A model generated the notes under the pieces. That model saw nothing but the letters and a program-made list of their open reading frames with translations. It did not search any database and had not been told where the DNA came from. A stretch of 64,000 bases of DNA from Octopus sinensis (taxonomy: Eukaryota), in the NCBI RefSeq assembly GCF_006345805.1, contig NC_042997.1:139376001-139440000 (forward strand). Direction: 5' to 3'. The translations under genes and the position numbers were made by a program. This document shows, one piece after another, positions 27,170 to 41,355 of this stretch (position 1 is the first letter of the stretch; every line of letters starts with the position of its first letter).

Positions 27170-27335
27170 AGTCAGTTTTGGTGCATGAAAAACCATTTTT
27201 GTATTCTTCGTTTGTTGCTTTCTCAATATCAATTCCTCTCCAAGGTGGTTTCATTGAAACAGGGTACCGGTACCCAGGTCGACATGGACACGAGTAGCCT
27301 CCTCGCTTGAAACCCATTCCAGGAACATGTTTACA
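27170..27335 (-). CDS. Coding exon C: EGF-like domain 1
   Basis: ttatcag|TGT ... GAC T|gtaagt. Encodes CKHVPGMGFKRGGYSCPCRPGYRYP...FSCTKTD, the GPR158-like CxxxPGxGFxRGxYxCxCxxGY motif. Phase 0 to 1. Confidence 0.92.
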
Positions 27336-27479
27336 CTGATAACGAGACAAAAGTAAAAATCCTTTGGACTTAATGATGCATTTTATGTTATTTAATATCA
27401 CAATGTTAACATTTGCATCTCCATAATGATGTGTGTGTATGTGTGTATATCCTCATCTTTGGTGTTTTGAATTATTTAA

Positions 27480-29756
27480 CCTTTTGTCTACCAATGGGTC
27501 CAATGGACCCATTTTAGTTTTTGTTTTTTGTTTTTTTGCTTTTTCCTACTGTTTATATTATTTGATTCTGCTGATTTCTCGTGACTTATATTTTTTCTTG
27601 ACTCTCTTTTATTAGCCAAATGGGAAATTTTCCGTATGTTTATAAAAGCTAGAAAATATCATTTTATTCATTAATTACTGAATGGGTCCTTCTAAACAGA
27701 ATAAAAGCAGTATCAAATAATATTTTTCAAGATATTTATCAGATATAAATGAATAAAATTGTATTCAATTTATTTGCTGAATTTTAGATAAAATAGGAAA
27801 AAAATCATAAAAATATTCCTGTAAATTTGTGTGGTATTGCATCACTTTCAATCTGCTCGGTTTCAGAGTGATCCAATATTTCTATGAGATGTTGCAATTT
27901 TTACAATATATTGCATCATTATTCAAGAGAGTAAGCAATATCTGCCTTTAGTTTGCTATCAAGTTTCATATAGTTCAGTTGTGCTTTTCAATATACCTAG
28001 ACGTGAAAACTTGAATGAAAACCAAATACCGAAAAGGTTATTGGAATTAGATGAAGAATGGGAAGAAGATAGTAGTGATTCCTTCTATTTCTCTGAAGAT
28101 GGTGGTGAAAGTGATTGTGTGCTGGACAGTTTAGGTTCTATGTCATGAAATGAAGGAGATACTCAAAAATTATTATCTGCAAGCCACCCAATTATGAATG
28201 AACAATATGTTTCTAGTTTGGCATTCTAATCGTCTTACTGAAGCAGCAGTAAGAACTTCATCTTGCAATATTGTGGACCATCCCGTTTTGCTAAAAGGTC
28301 TTGCGATAGCATTGAAACATGCTTTACTATCTTTTTGTGCCAGAATCTTCTTGAAGTAATTCGTAAATGGACAAATATTGAAGGTCAGGTTGAACTCCTT
28401 ATTCTTATAGGTGTTTATAAATCTAAACATGAAAATGTCACACAGTTATGGAGTCAAGAGGATGGCCACCCAATATGCAACAAAAAAAATGAGACGGGGA
28501 AGATTTCAACAGATTTTACAAGTATTGTGTTTTGATGATGCTAGTGCAAGAAGAAAAAAGAGAAGTCATGACAAATTGGCGCCCATAAGAGAAGTATTTG
28601 AAATGTAGAAACAGAATTTGCAAACGGATATGTTCAAAGTTCATGCATGACAGTTTATGAACAAATAGTTTCATTCAGATGGCGCTACCCATTCCGGGTA
28701 TATATTCCTTCAAATCCAGGGAATTATGGAATTAACATTTGAGCAATATGCAGCAGTGAAACATCTTATTCTTGGAAAATGCAACTCTACACTGGAAAAG
28801 ACCCAGTAAAAGGGAGAGAGACAAATCAAGGTTCAAGAGTTGTTGAAGACCTAGGAAAAGAACTTGAAAATACTGGTCGCAATATAACTTGTGGTAATTT
28901 TTTTACAAGTCTAAGATTGGCTCGAAAGCTGCTTAGCAAGAAAATTACTTTATTTGGAACAATTAGAAAGAACAGAGTTGAACTTCCAAGTGCTTTCACA
29001 AATGGAAAAGAAAATAAATCAACAGCACAATATTTGGATTTCAAAAGGGTTTTATGATCCTATATTATTGTCCCAAGGAAAATTATATAGTCACACTTAT
29101 GAGTACAATGGACTCCCAGCCTTCAATTGATTCAAAAAGTGCTGAATAGAAACCAGAATTTATTACGTTACAACAAAACAAAAGAAGGAGTAAATACCCT
29201 AGATAAGACGGTAAGGACATACACTTGCAAAAGAATTACTCGAAGATGGTTATATTCTACAACATCATTGATATAAGTGCAGTGAAAGCTTTCATTGTTG
29301 CTAAACAGCTTCACATGCAAAATTTCAAGGATAAAAGAAGACTTAGGAAAGGAACTTGCTGGAGTTAATGTTTGGAATCATTTGAGATTCCTCAGCCAAA
29401 GAAAAAAGGAAGATGTTAGTTGTGTGGCCCCAAAAAAAGACAGGAAAACTCGTACTACATGTAAGAATTGTAATATCCATGTTTGCGAAGAATATTCCAA
29501 TATTGTCCGGATTCACTGCCATGAAGAGCTGTAATTCTGTATTTTTGTAATTTTTAAAATTTATAATATATTCTGTAAGCTGTATTTTCTTTATCAAAAT
29601 TTGTGAGAAACAGTAATTTTCCATTCACCTGATAGCATATATAACGTAGCTAAGAAATAGTGGCAGTTTGAATAAAATTTGATTAAAAGAAAAATATTGG
29701 GTTCATTGAACCCAGTTGGTAATTAGTGACATACTTTTTCTCTGGTAGATCAAGGG
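27480..29756 (+). mobile_element. piggyBac-family DNA transposon, full length (2277 bp), transposase decayed
   Basis: TTAA on both sides (27476-79, 29757-60). Terminal repeats CCTTTTGTCTACCA / CCCTTGATCTACCA plus subterminal GGGT(C/T)CAATG(G/A)ACCC repeats. Transposase fragments YTGKDP..GSRVVEDL..RNITCGNFFTS..GTIRKNR and a Cys-rich C-terminus (TCKNCNIHVC); many stops and frameshifts. Confidence 0.9.
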
Positions 29757-29767
29757 TTAAAGGCTTA

Positions 29768-30376
<609 letters not shown>

Positions 30377-31523
30377 GCAAATGCGTGTGCGCATGTGCGT
30401 GTATTTGTGTGTGACGGTGAAAGTTCACTAAATGTATTAAACAATATATATTTAGACAATTAAGTTCAATCATTCACCATGAATATCACAGGAATGGGTG
30501 AAACCGCTTGCGAGACACTCAATGTGAATAAATAAATGTGGAAATATTTGTGTTTAGTTTTTAATATATCTCTGGACTTCATCTACTTTTTTATACAGTA
30601 TATTTGAAACATTGCAACTTAATCAAAAGTATATGCTAATCGACTGCGTTATGTATGTATGTATGTATGTATGTATGTATGTATGTATGTATGTATGTAT
30701 GTATGTATGTATGTACGTACGTATGTATGTATGTATGCATGTATGTATGTATGTATGCGTGAATGTATATATGTATGTATGAAGGAATGGATGGATGGAT
30801 GGATGGATGGATGGATGGATGGATGGATGGATGGATGGATGGATGGGTGGATGCGTATATATCGTCGTCGTCATCGTCCTTGTCGTTTTAATGTCCTCAT
30901 TTCCGTCAGAATTTACTGAGGCAGATTTTCCACAGTCGAAAGCCCTTCCTCTTGCCAACCTTCACCTGCTTCAAATCAAGTCCCTATTTCCTCGTAGCCA
31001 CAACTTTTTGTCACGGGAGTTTGGAAACGGAAGACACAGCTTGTATGACACATGACACATGTTTGGTAGCTGAGTAGACTGGAGCTACGTGAAGGGAAGT
31101 GATTTGCTTAAGAACAAAACGTGTCGCCCGGTCCAGGCCTCGACATCACAATCTTACAATCACATTATTTACATCATTTACATTTGACGGGTTTTTGTCC
31201 TCATCTTGTTTGTTGTTAACACAACGTTTCGGCTGATTTACCCTCCATTATTATTATTATTATTATTATTCAGATCACTGCCTGGAATCGAACTCGGAAT
31301 CTTGGGGTTAGTAGCCCGCGCTCTTAACCGCTACACCACTGGCATATGGCTGGAGAGTATATCAGTCGAAACGTTCTGTCACAAGAAACAAGATGAGGGC
31401 AAATATCTATCAAATGTAAATAATGTACATAATTCCTCATCTCAAATATACAACTGTACTTACTATCACGAGTTCAACATTCTAATATATACATACTTAC
31501 GTACATACATACATATATATATA

Positions 31524-31667
<144 letters not shown>

Positions 31668-32389
31668 TGCGACTCCGGCACTCGGGATATTCAGTCTTAG
31701 CCCGAGTATAAATTTAGTAAAGTGAACGTGTATTTGCAAGCTGATTCGATTTCTAATAACACTGACTTCAAGTATGTAATTGCAGCCAATAACTCGGGCT
31801 ACCTTTATTGAGCCTAGTTGCAGTTCATCGTCTGGCGGTCGTCTTAGAGGTGCCCTGTGTCAAAAAATATCATTCGTAGCAGACGTTCTCTCGACATCAT
31901 TCACACGCGCATAACTCGGACTTAGTAGTTACAGCTTGAGCTGTTATCTATGATCGTAAAAATTAAAAGTAATTCAAATTCAATGTTTTCTTGAAACAAT
32001 AAATTTATATAGAGATTATGATTTAAATTCCAATCTACGAAAAGTTTCCGTTCGAAAATATTCTTAAAGGAACGAAAAATTACTCAGCAACTTAGGCTAA
32101 TACGAACGAATCTGGTAGGTATAAAAGACTAACTGGTATCTCTCGTCAAGAGTACAGGCGACAGTCAGATCGCTGATGTTTGTTGTGCACTCCGCAGTCG
32201 TTATTTGATTGCCATTATTTGATTGTCATCAGTTGTATGTTGCAGGGTTGTTTTATTTTTATACTTAACTTCGAATTGGAGAAAGACATAGTGATAGATA
32301 AAAATAAAAACCCATTTGAGGCGAGAGATAAAGCGGAGAAACGTGAAATCCGTCGAGTGCCTTATGCGAAATCTGTGATGCCTTTGGTA

Positions 32390-32422
<33 letters not shown>

Positions 32423-32483
32423 ATGTATGCATGTATGTATGTATGTATGTATTGTATGTATGTATGTATATATGTATATATAT

Positions 32484-32518
<35 letters not shown>

Positions 32519-32519
<1 letters not shown>

Positions 32520-32641
32520 ATCAGCCGAAATTGCGAGGGTGATCCGGTTCTTGACTGAAGATTGAAGGCTTCAAATGTCCCGTCCGTGTTTTTTGTATCG
32601 TCTTAATGTTTTTTGTTCTTTTGTGTTCTTGTCCCAGTTTG

Positions 32642-32682
<41 letters not shown>

Positions 32683-32981
32683 TATATTATATATATATAT
32701 ATATAATCAGCCGAAATTGCGAGGATGATCCGGTTCTTGACTGAAGATTGAAGGCTTCAAATGTCCCGTCCGTGTTTTTTGTATCGTCTCCTAAATGTTT
32801 TGTGTTCTTGTCCCAGTTTGTATTTTTATATATATATATATATAATATATATATATATATATAATATAATCAGCCGAAATTGCGAGGATGATCCGGTCTT
32901 GACTGAAGATTGAAGGCTTCAAATGTCCCGTCCGTGTTTTTTGTTTGTATCTCCAAATGTTTGTGTTCTTGTCCCAGTTTG

Positions 32982-32984
<3 letters not shown>
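32519..32984 (+). repeat. Three tandem copies of a ~120 bp pLTR-like end separated by (TA)n
   Basis: AATCAGCCGAAATTGCGAGG..GTCCCAGTTTGTAT at 32519, 32705 and 32868. Confidence 0.9.
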
Positions 32985-33069
<85 letters not shown>

Positions 33070-33616
33070 TATATAATATATATATATATTATATAGTATA
33101 TATATATATATCACGCACACATACACTAAGTTAAGTACAGTTACTCGCCACACACCCAAAACTCTACACATACCACACGAACACACACATACACACACAC
33201 ACATACTACAAACAAAACACACACACGATACATATACATACACGCACACACACATGCCTCTTTGTTTTTGACCTGTGGCTGGACACAAAAAACACCACTC
33301 ATTCTTACATACTGGCGGCCAGCTACTAGCCAGTTGTTCGCCATACACACATACACACACACACGCACACACACACATACACGTGTGATCATTGCACACA
33401 TACACAGACGCGCGCACACGCAGAATTCCGCGCACGCACACATCCACACACATTCCCCCTCTCACTTTCTTTACCATACTGTCTTTGAAAACTCTCCTGT
33501 CTTTAAAAAAACATTCTTCCACCTTTCTATTTCCGGTCTTTCAATATGTGACCTCGTGAGTACCACTGGCGATTTTTTCCTCTGTCTTCCCTTCTCGGGA
33601 TCTTTCCTTCTCCTAT

Positions 33617-33651
33617 GTTTCCGACGAAGAGCTCCGCTCGAAACGTTAAAC
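33617..33651 (+). ncRNA. Minimal hammerhead-like motif, U4C core variant
   Basis: gttt-CCGACGA-A-GAGC tcc GCTC-GAAA-CGTT|aaac. Confidence 0.4.
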
Positions 33652-33952
33652 CCTCCTTCTTCCCTTCTTTCCTAAGCGTCCAATAATACATTATTTGTTC
33701 CACGTCCTCGCGTTGTTGTGGGTTTTTTTTTTGCTTTTTTTTGCTTTTTTGTGTTTTCTTGTTTGGATTAACTTTATATATATTACATAATTATATTAAA
33801 GGGATCGGAGAACCTTTCCAACAGGCTAGAAATAGACGCCAAATGGCACTAGGTTCTTCCGATCTCTTTAATATAATTTATATATTTAGTATATAAAAAA
33901 ATTACCTACGAGGTTTTATTTCACGCTGACCACTTGATAAAATCATTAAATT

Positions 33953-34335
33953 GATCTTATATCAAGATAAACAGCGCATGGGGCCCAGTTAGAATTTTCT
34001 TCTGGTCGAGTAACCCATCCTGCTCAAAAGACTCCTGAATAAGGATTGTTTATGGACGTTGAACAAACCACCCATGTTTCCAAAGGTGAATTATCCAAAC
34101 CTCCAAGAATTCCTTTCAATACACGGCTATGATGCTCCCCCACTACTTCTGCTCATGGTCAGAGATGCACATATTGTCAGCCACTAAGGGACATGGTCAA
34201 GTGGTTAAGGTCAAACAACTGACAAGCAAATCTGTGGTATTCAGCAGAATATTTGCTGTAGCCCATCTTTTATACCAAGACAAAACAATGTACATGATAA
34301 CATTTCAAATCAATTAAGATCAGAAGCCATGAGAA
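33953..34335 (-). mobile_element. Same repeat family, partial copy
   Basis: ATATCAAGATAAACAGC..GATCAGAAGCCATGAGA shared with 18360-18750. Confidence 0.6.
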
Positions 34336-34376
34336 ACATAACATCATTAAATTGATCTTATACTTAATTCTATAAA

Positions 34377-34423
<47 letters not shown>

Positions 34424-35652
34424 ACTGGTAAGAAACTTGCTTCCCAACCACATGATCCCAGGTAGTAACATTTAGATACCGTTTAAGGCTGAGTGAGGAC
34501 ACTGGCACCCTTGTTCGAGGTAAGGGCGCGGTTGTACGTCGGTAGCCCTGGTGTTATGACCTACAGCCATACCGTATTATTTGTTCCTTTCTTGTGTGCA
34601 GAATCGGCACGGCTGATATATAGTGAACTGGATTACTGGCGTAATAGAAGCTATTATTTGTTTAAAAGTGAAGTGAGAGGGGTACAATTTGCATGGGTAT
34701 AAAGGAGGTTAATACGATTTTGCCCAGAAATCACGTTTTCAAAATTTTTATTTCCCCCTCCGTTTTCAAAATTTTTATTTCCCCCTCCCGTCCCCACCAC
34801 AATTTCTGAATTTATAACTTTTTTCGAATTTTTTTATCCACGTAGAAAAATACAGAGATTACGAATCTAGGGAATATATATTTTTTTTTAAGTTTAATTT
34901 TTCTTAAAGAAACACTCAATGTCCCTTCCCTCACCTCGCCCACCCATCACCTAACCGCTTTCAAAAAGCTAAAATCTACCATTCTTCACTTCGTCTGATG
35001 TTTCACGCATGCGTAGAATTGTACTGAAATAGTAGACGTAAAAAATACCAGAGTATCACCAGAAACTCCGACATGCTAGAAACAACAGGTAAACGACATT
35101 ATTTCTGAAGAAACATCCACGCTTTTCAAAAAACTAAAAGTGAAACATTGGGGTTTGTCGTTTTTAGAAAGTAGTGAGGTGATGGGTGGATGTTTGGGAA
35201 GGAGATTTTAGTGGTTCTTTACGAAAAAAGGAAGCAGAAAATTCTTAAAGATTCGTGCTCACTGTTTTCACTCCGTGGATTACCTACAAAAAAAAATCTG
35301 GAAAAAAGTTTAAAAAATGAAGAAACTGAGGTAGGGAGGGAGAAAATTAAAATATTGAGAACGTTTTTTGAGCGAAATCTTAATTTTCTGTATCGAAAAC
35401 ATAGGAATCGGAAGAAATTTAGGGAAAAAAAATAAGATGGAGCGTAAATACCACATCGGACATACAATAAACAACAGGTAAAGGACAGGATTTCTGGGAA
35501 AACTTCCTTTTAAGTTTATATCGAATATCAGGTTTCTAAATACGCACATCACAAGCACAAATTACAGAATAGGGAAGGTCATTTCAATTGGATTTGAGCT
35601 GTAATTTTGCGCGTGCACACAACAAAAAATAATAATTTGTACAGACGTTTTA

Positions 35653-35690
<38 letters not shown>

Positions 35691-36089
35691 CAAAGGAAGT
35701 TAATTTATGGCATTCTTTCGTTTGAAGCAACAAAGTTGTCAACTCGATCATATGGGATCATATGATTGTTCGTTAATTTCCGTAAAAAATTTATCTTTTC
35801 TTTATGCTTTGAAGAAAGCAGAAATTGAGAGGAGAAAGTGAAAGATGTATGTACGTGTATATGAAATGGACGTGTGTGTGTGTATGCGTGTGTGCTTTTA
35901 AGCGAGAAATGCCTATCAGAGTCACCTTTTGTAAACTTATAAACATCTAATTAATAAAGTGGTAAAATTATCAGAAAAACCACTTAAATTCATTTTTTTT
36001 TCCGAATATAATACTGTACTAAGGACTTTGTATCTCTTCACCTTGTTGTCCGGATGTTTTGCGTTCTTGTCCCATTTTGTATTTTATGT

Positions 36090-36147
<58 letters not shown>

Positions 36148-36199
36148 GCGGCGTACGTACACCTTGTTCTCTTATATGTAAGTACACATTTCACTAAAT

Positions 36200-37960
36200 T
36201 TTGTACGACTTTTTCAACTCTTTCTTCTCCCTCTTTCTCACATTTCTTTGTCTTTCTTACTCCCTTTTCATTTCACTATGTCCCTGTCTCTCTTCTCTTT
36301 TTTCTTGTCACTCCTTGATTCTTCCGTCTATCTACTTCGACACATTCTCTCACGTTCTCTCTTCTCACCCTCCTTAATTCCTTTGTTCCTCTTTTTCTCT
36401 CTCTTCTCTTCTCACTGACCGTTGGCCGACTGCTAGTCCTTTTGCGTCTGACCACGGTCACTGCCACATCGATATTCTTCCCTCTGCCGTAAGGCTTCAT
36501 TTCCACACACGCCAGCTGAATTCAATTCGCCCCCAGTCGAAAGACGCCTTGTTATTATTATTATTATTGTTATTTTTATTGTATTTTTGTATTTATATTC
36601 GTGTAACATCGTCTGTTTTTCCCTCCTTGTTTTCGTATACATTCGATGCTTTTTTCTAAGGAATCTAATGCTCTTAGCTTAGTTTTTCCTTGGGGCTGGC
36701 CAGATTGGAGCAATCTCAAGATTAATCAGCCGAAATTGCGATGATGATCCGGTTCATGACTGAAGATAAAAGGCTTCGAATGACCCGTCCTTATTTTTTG
36801 TGTCGTCTATCTGGATGTTTTGTTGTCCCTTTTTGTATCACCTAGTTGTCCGACTGTTTTGCGCTCTTGTCCCATTTTGTATTTTATTTTGTGGTGTGTG
36901 TGTGTGTGTGGTGTGTGTGTGTGTGTGTGTGGTGTGTGTGTGTGTGTGTGGTGTGTGTGTGTGTGTGTGCTCAATTTACAAGGAAAGATCCAGAGGAACA
37001 GTTACAAAGTAGCCAGATTTCACATAAGCGTCCGTCCTAGGAATTCGTAATCACACTTGCTTGGGAGTTAATTCCGGGGAGAAGTGAGACGCATTTTGGA
37101 CAACATAAGAATAATGGAAAATTTTAAAGTAAACAGTCTAAGGGAAGTAGCTATACGTCCCAAAGTAAACTTCCTTACCTATTTCGTCAAGCTATCGAAA
37201 GGAACTTTCGCAAAAGTTTCCGGTACTACTCCATTTTCAACACCCACCGTATCAGAATTGGCTTTTCCAACACCAATAACCTCCTACAGATTATATCCTC
37301 GTATAACAGCTATATTCTTAACTGTAAAAGGGTTTCGCTTAATAACTGTAATAACATCAGTAATAATAACAATGATCTCTCCTTAAATAATAGTATCAAT
37401 CGTAATAGTCCTTGTAATTGTGGTCCGAATAAAACTTGTGCTCTCAACGGAAATTGCATAATTACAAACGTTGTTTACCAATGTAAAATTATTACAGGAT
37501 CTAAAGAATTCTTTAATATTGGACTTTCATCTACGAAATTAAAAAAACCTATTGCGAATTACCTTTCTACTTTTAAATACATTGTCAAACGTAATTCTAC
37601 AGGTCTTAGTACACTAATTTGGTATCTCAAAGACAAATAAAAAATTTTCTTTGCATTGTAAAATTTTATCAAGATCATTTCCCTTTAACAAAGGGAAATC
37701 CTTCTGCCCTCTTTGTATCCTCTTTTTTAAATATACACTCGTCAACACTTATAAGAAACGTGTTTATAGGTGTTTACATTGGAAAAAGACTCTTGCAGCT
37801 ATTTCAAATAATATCTACCCCTTACCTAATAATATCTGTAGCTTAATCTTTATTCTTTCTTCCCACAACTCCTATTCTTACCTTCATCTATCCGGCTATC
37901 ATTCACTCTTTATTAATACCTCCATTTCTCCTTTAATTCTCTTTCTCTCGTTCTCTCTTT
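36200..37960 (+). mobile_element. Penelope-like element: 3'UTR/pLTR-like segment (36200-36885) followed by truncated GIY-YIG coding segment (37050-37830)
   Basis: CNCGPNKTCALNGNCIITNVVYQCKI..FNIGLSS..NSTGLSTLIWYLKDK, then KILSRSFPFNKGKSFCPLC. The non-coding part is shared with 50120-50860 and 32519-32984. Confidence 0.75.
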
Positions 37961-38289
37961 CTTCTCTTCTTCTCTCGCTCTATGACGTCAAATTTTATAA
38001 CGGTATTTTAAAATTACTAGCTTTCCCTATCCAACTTTGTTTTCCATATATGTACATGTATGTATGTAAGTATGGCTGTATGTATATGCATACATATATG
38101 TATATATATGTTTATGTGTGGGTGTCTGTGCGTGCCTCCCTGATGAGATTGATGCACTTTTCCACATTATTCTTCCTCTTGGATATATTTTGATGCATCC
38201 ATCGAAACATATGTCGGTGATATAGTGATATAAATGATTTAAATAGCATCTTGTGCGTTTGTCTCCATTTTCCATTATTCTTTTATATA

Positions 38290-38670
38290 TATATATACGA
38301 GCAAAACGCCCCCCCCCCGTCCAATGGACGGTGCTGAGTTGTCAAACATTTAAACCAATTTTTCTCAAAACAACTTGTCCGACCGTCCCATTTTGTGGCA
38401 TTATTTCAAGCCAGCCTGCTTTTTTGCGCAAAATGCACGTGCATTTTTCTCGCGTACGCGTAGTATCGATCGCAATAGCTGATGTACTTGCGCGTACAAA
38501 TGCACGTTCCCACGGCTTTATCGACCGCATTCTCACTTGAAATCGGTTTTTTGTAACGTTTTCAAGACTTATACACGCCCTGATACCGTCGGTATCTACA
38601 TATCAAATTTGAGCGCAACCGGATGAAGGATGCCCGAGATCCTAAAAGACACACAGACAGAACGGATTTT
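38290..38670 (+). mobile_element. Possible Helentron/HINE-like non-autonomous element
   Basis: GC-rich island ending CAAATTTGAGCGCAACCGGATG..ACACACAGACAGAAC..TTTTATATATA, a style of terminus typical of that group. Confidence 0.3.
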
Positions 38671-38676
38671 ATATAT

Positions 38677-38728
<52 letters not shown>

Positions 38729-39364
38729 TATATATATATTCATGTATGTATATATACATACATACATACGTACGTACGTACGTATGTATGTGTGCATGTA
38801 TGTATGTATGTATACAGAAATAAATGATATTGTTTTTTGTTCACTTTTTTTTCTTGATTGGTTAATTTAAAATTGAGATTTGTTCTGTTTGTAATATGCA
38901 AATGTAATCACGAGATAACATGAACAACTCAATACATGCATAAATTCTTAATAATTCAAGATCCTACAGCAAATTATTTTTAGACGTAATTCTGATGAGT
39001 CTGATTCAGTATCTGTCATTTCAATGATACCTCAAAAATCAATAATGGCATGTATTCTATTACATTGTGTAGCAATATCGGTGAGATCGAATTCAGATGA
39101 AAGAATTGTTGATTGATGTAATAAAAAGGCTTGCTCACGCCTTTGTTCTTGATTGTAATTGCTAAACCTCTACGGATATTTGTGTATTATCAGACATGTG
39201 TGTGATGAAACAATCTCCGGATTACTGTTTTCACTGCTAGCCAGTACCCGTCAATGAGCTTAGAAAGATAAACTCCGGGGTTAATATCCAAATTAATTCA
39301 TTACACACAGACACACTCACAGATATATATGTATGTATGTATGTATATATATTATATATACATG

Positions 39365-39396
<32 letters not shown>

Positions 39397-39490
39397 CATG
39401 TGCGTGTTGTGTGGCGTGTGTGTTGTGGATACACACGAACATTCATGCATGTGTATATATATATATATATAATATATATATATATATAAT

Positions 39491-39524
<34 letters not shown>

Positions 39525-40885
39525 ATATATATATATATATAATATATATATACGTGTATATATATATATTAGTGTATATATATATATATTATATATATAT
39601 ATATATATACACGTGTGTATATTTGAGTGTGTTTATGGATGGATGGAGGGATGGATGGATGGATGGATAGATGGGTGGCTGCCTGCCTGTCTGGCTGACT
39701 GGGTGGATGGATGAATGGATGTATGGATGAATGGATGAGTGGTTAGATGGATGGATGGAGAGGTGGGTGAATGGATGGATGGATGGATGGATGGATGAAT
39801 GGATGGATGGATGGATGGATGGATGGACGGACAGATGGATGGGTGAATGGATAAATGGTTGGATGGGTGGATGGATAGATGGGTAGCTGCCTGGTTGGCT
39901 GCCGGCGGCTGGCTGGCTGGCTGGCTGGCTTGATGGATGGATGGATGGATGAATGAGTGGATAGATGGATGTATGGATAGATGGGTAGATGGGTAGATGG
40001 GTAGGTGGATGGATGGATGGATGGGTTGATGGATGGATGGTGGCCGCATGCATGCATGTACATTACTCAGTTCATTTCATGTATGTGCATATTGATCAAT
40101 CTGGGAGCTATCAAAACCAAGCATTTGCAAAGCGTAACTTTTTTTATATATTAACAAATTTGTATGTGTGTGTGTGTGTGTGTGAGTGTGTATGTGTATG
40201 TATCTGCATGTGGGGATGTGAGGGCGCAGGTGTATGTGTGTGTGCGCTCGCGCGCGCGTGTATCTGCATATGGGGAAGTGGGGATATGAGGACGGACACA
40301 TGTGTGCGCATATGTGTGTGTTTGTCTGTGTGTGCATGTGTATCTGCATGTGTATGTGTGTGTGTGAGCACGCGTGCGTGTGTATCTGCATGTGAGGATG
40401 TGAGGGTAAATGTGTGTGTGTGTGTGTGTGTGAATATCGAAACAAATGAAGGCAAACTAACCATATGCAGATGTTAAGATATAATCAACTGTCATAGCTG
40501 ATTTTGTAGAACTCATCGTTTTTTACGTAAGTGAATATTTTATAAGATGACACCGTTTTACTAAATTTTCTCCAGGCCACTTGTTTTTCTGCTCTAATTC
40601 CTGTGTAAGACGTAATTCTGTCATAAATAGTAACCTCTCGGTTTTCAAATTTAACAATGAGGGAACATAATTTGTTTAAGCGTTGTCGTATTTAGATCGT
40701 TGGTTCATTTCTTGGCCGCAATCCTTAGTCTTATGGCTAGGCTGTTTCATCGCAAAGACATTCTTCTAGATCCAGTACCTCCCTGTAAACCACTGATCCA
40801 GTGCCTTCTATATAACTTCTGTTCTACGAATTTCTTGTGAGTGAAATTGATAAACGTAACCACAAGGAAACCTGTCGCGCGCATA

Positions 40886-40923
<38 letters not shown>

Positions 40924-40927
40924 TATA

Positions 40928-40982
<55 letters not shown>

Positions 40983-41260
40983 TATATATATATTTGAGTA
41001 GTGAATGAATATCTTATTAAGGATAATTCGAAAGATAACCGATACCTGGGTAGCAAATTCACAGCAGAAATAACACGGTTGAAGTTACGTCCCTAGGGCA
41101 TAGACTACGTGCTTTCGTGCGGAAATTTGTATGTTTATTTTTAAAATATAAGTATATGAAAGATGGAGTTGAACGACTTGTTAACAAATTTCCTTTAGTT
41201 TCAAATAAATTTGTTAACAAGTCGTTCAACTCCATTCTTTCATATACTTATATATATATT

Positions 41261-41351
<91 letters not shown>

Positions 41352-41355
<4 letters not shown>

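Noticed and set aside
32519-32984. CRISPR-like array
   Set aside because: The units are ~120 bp retroelement ends, the spacers are TA microsatellites, the context is eukaryotic and there are no cas genes.
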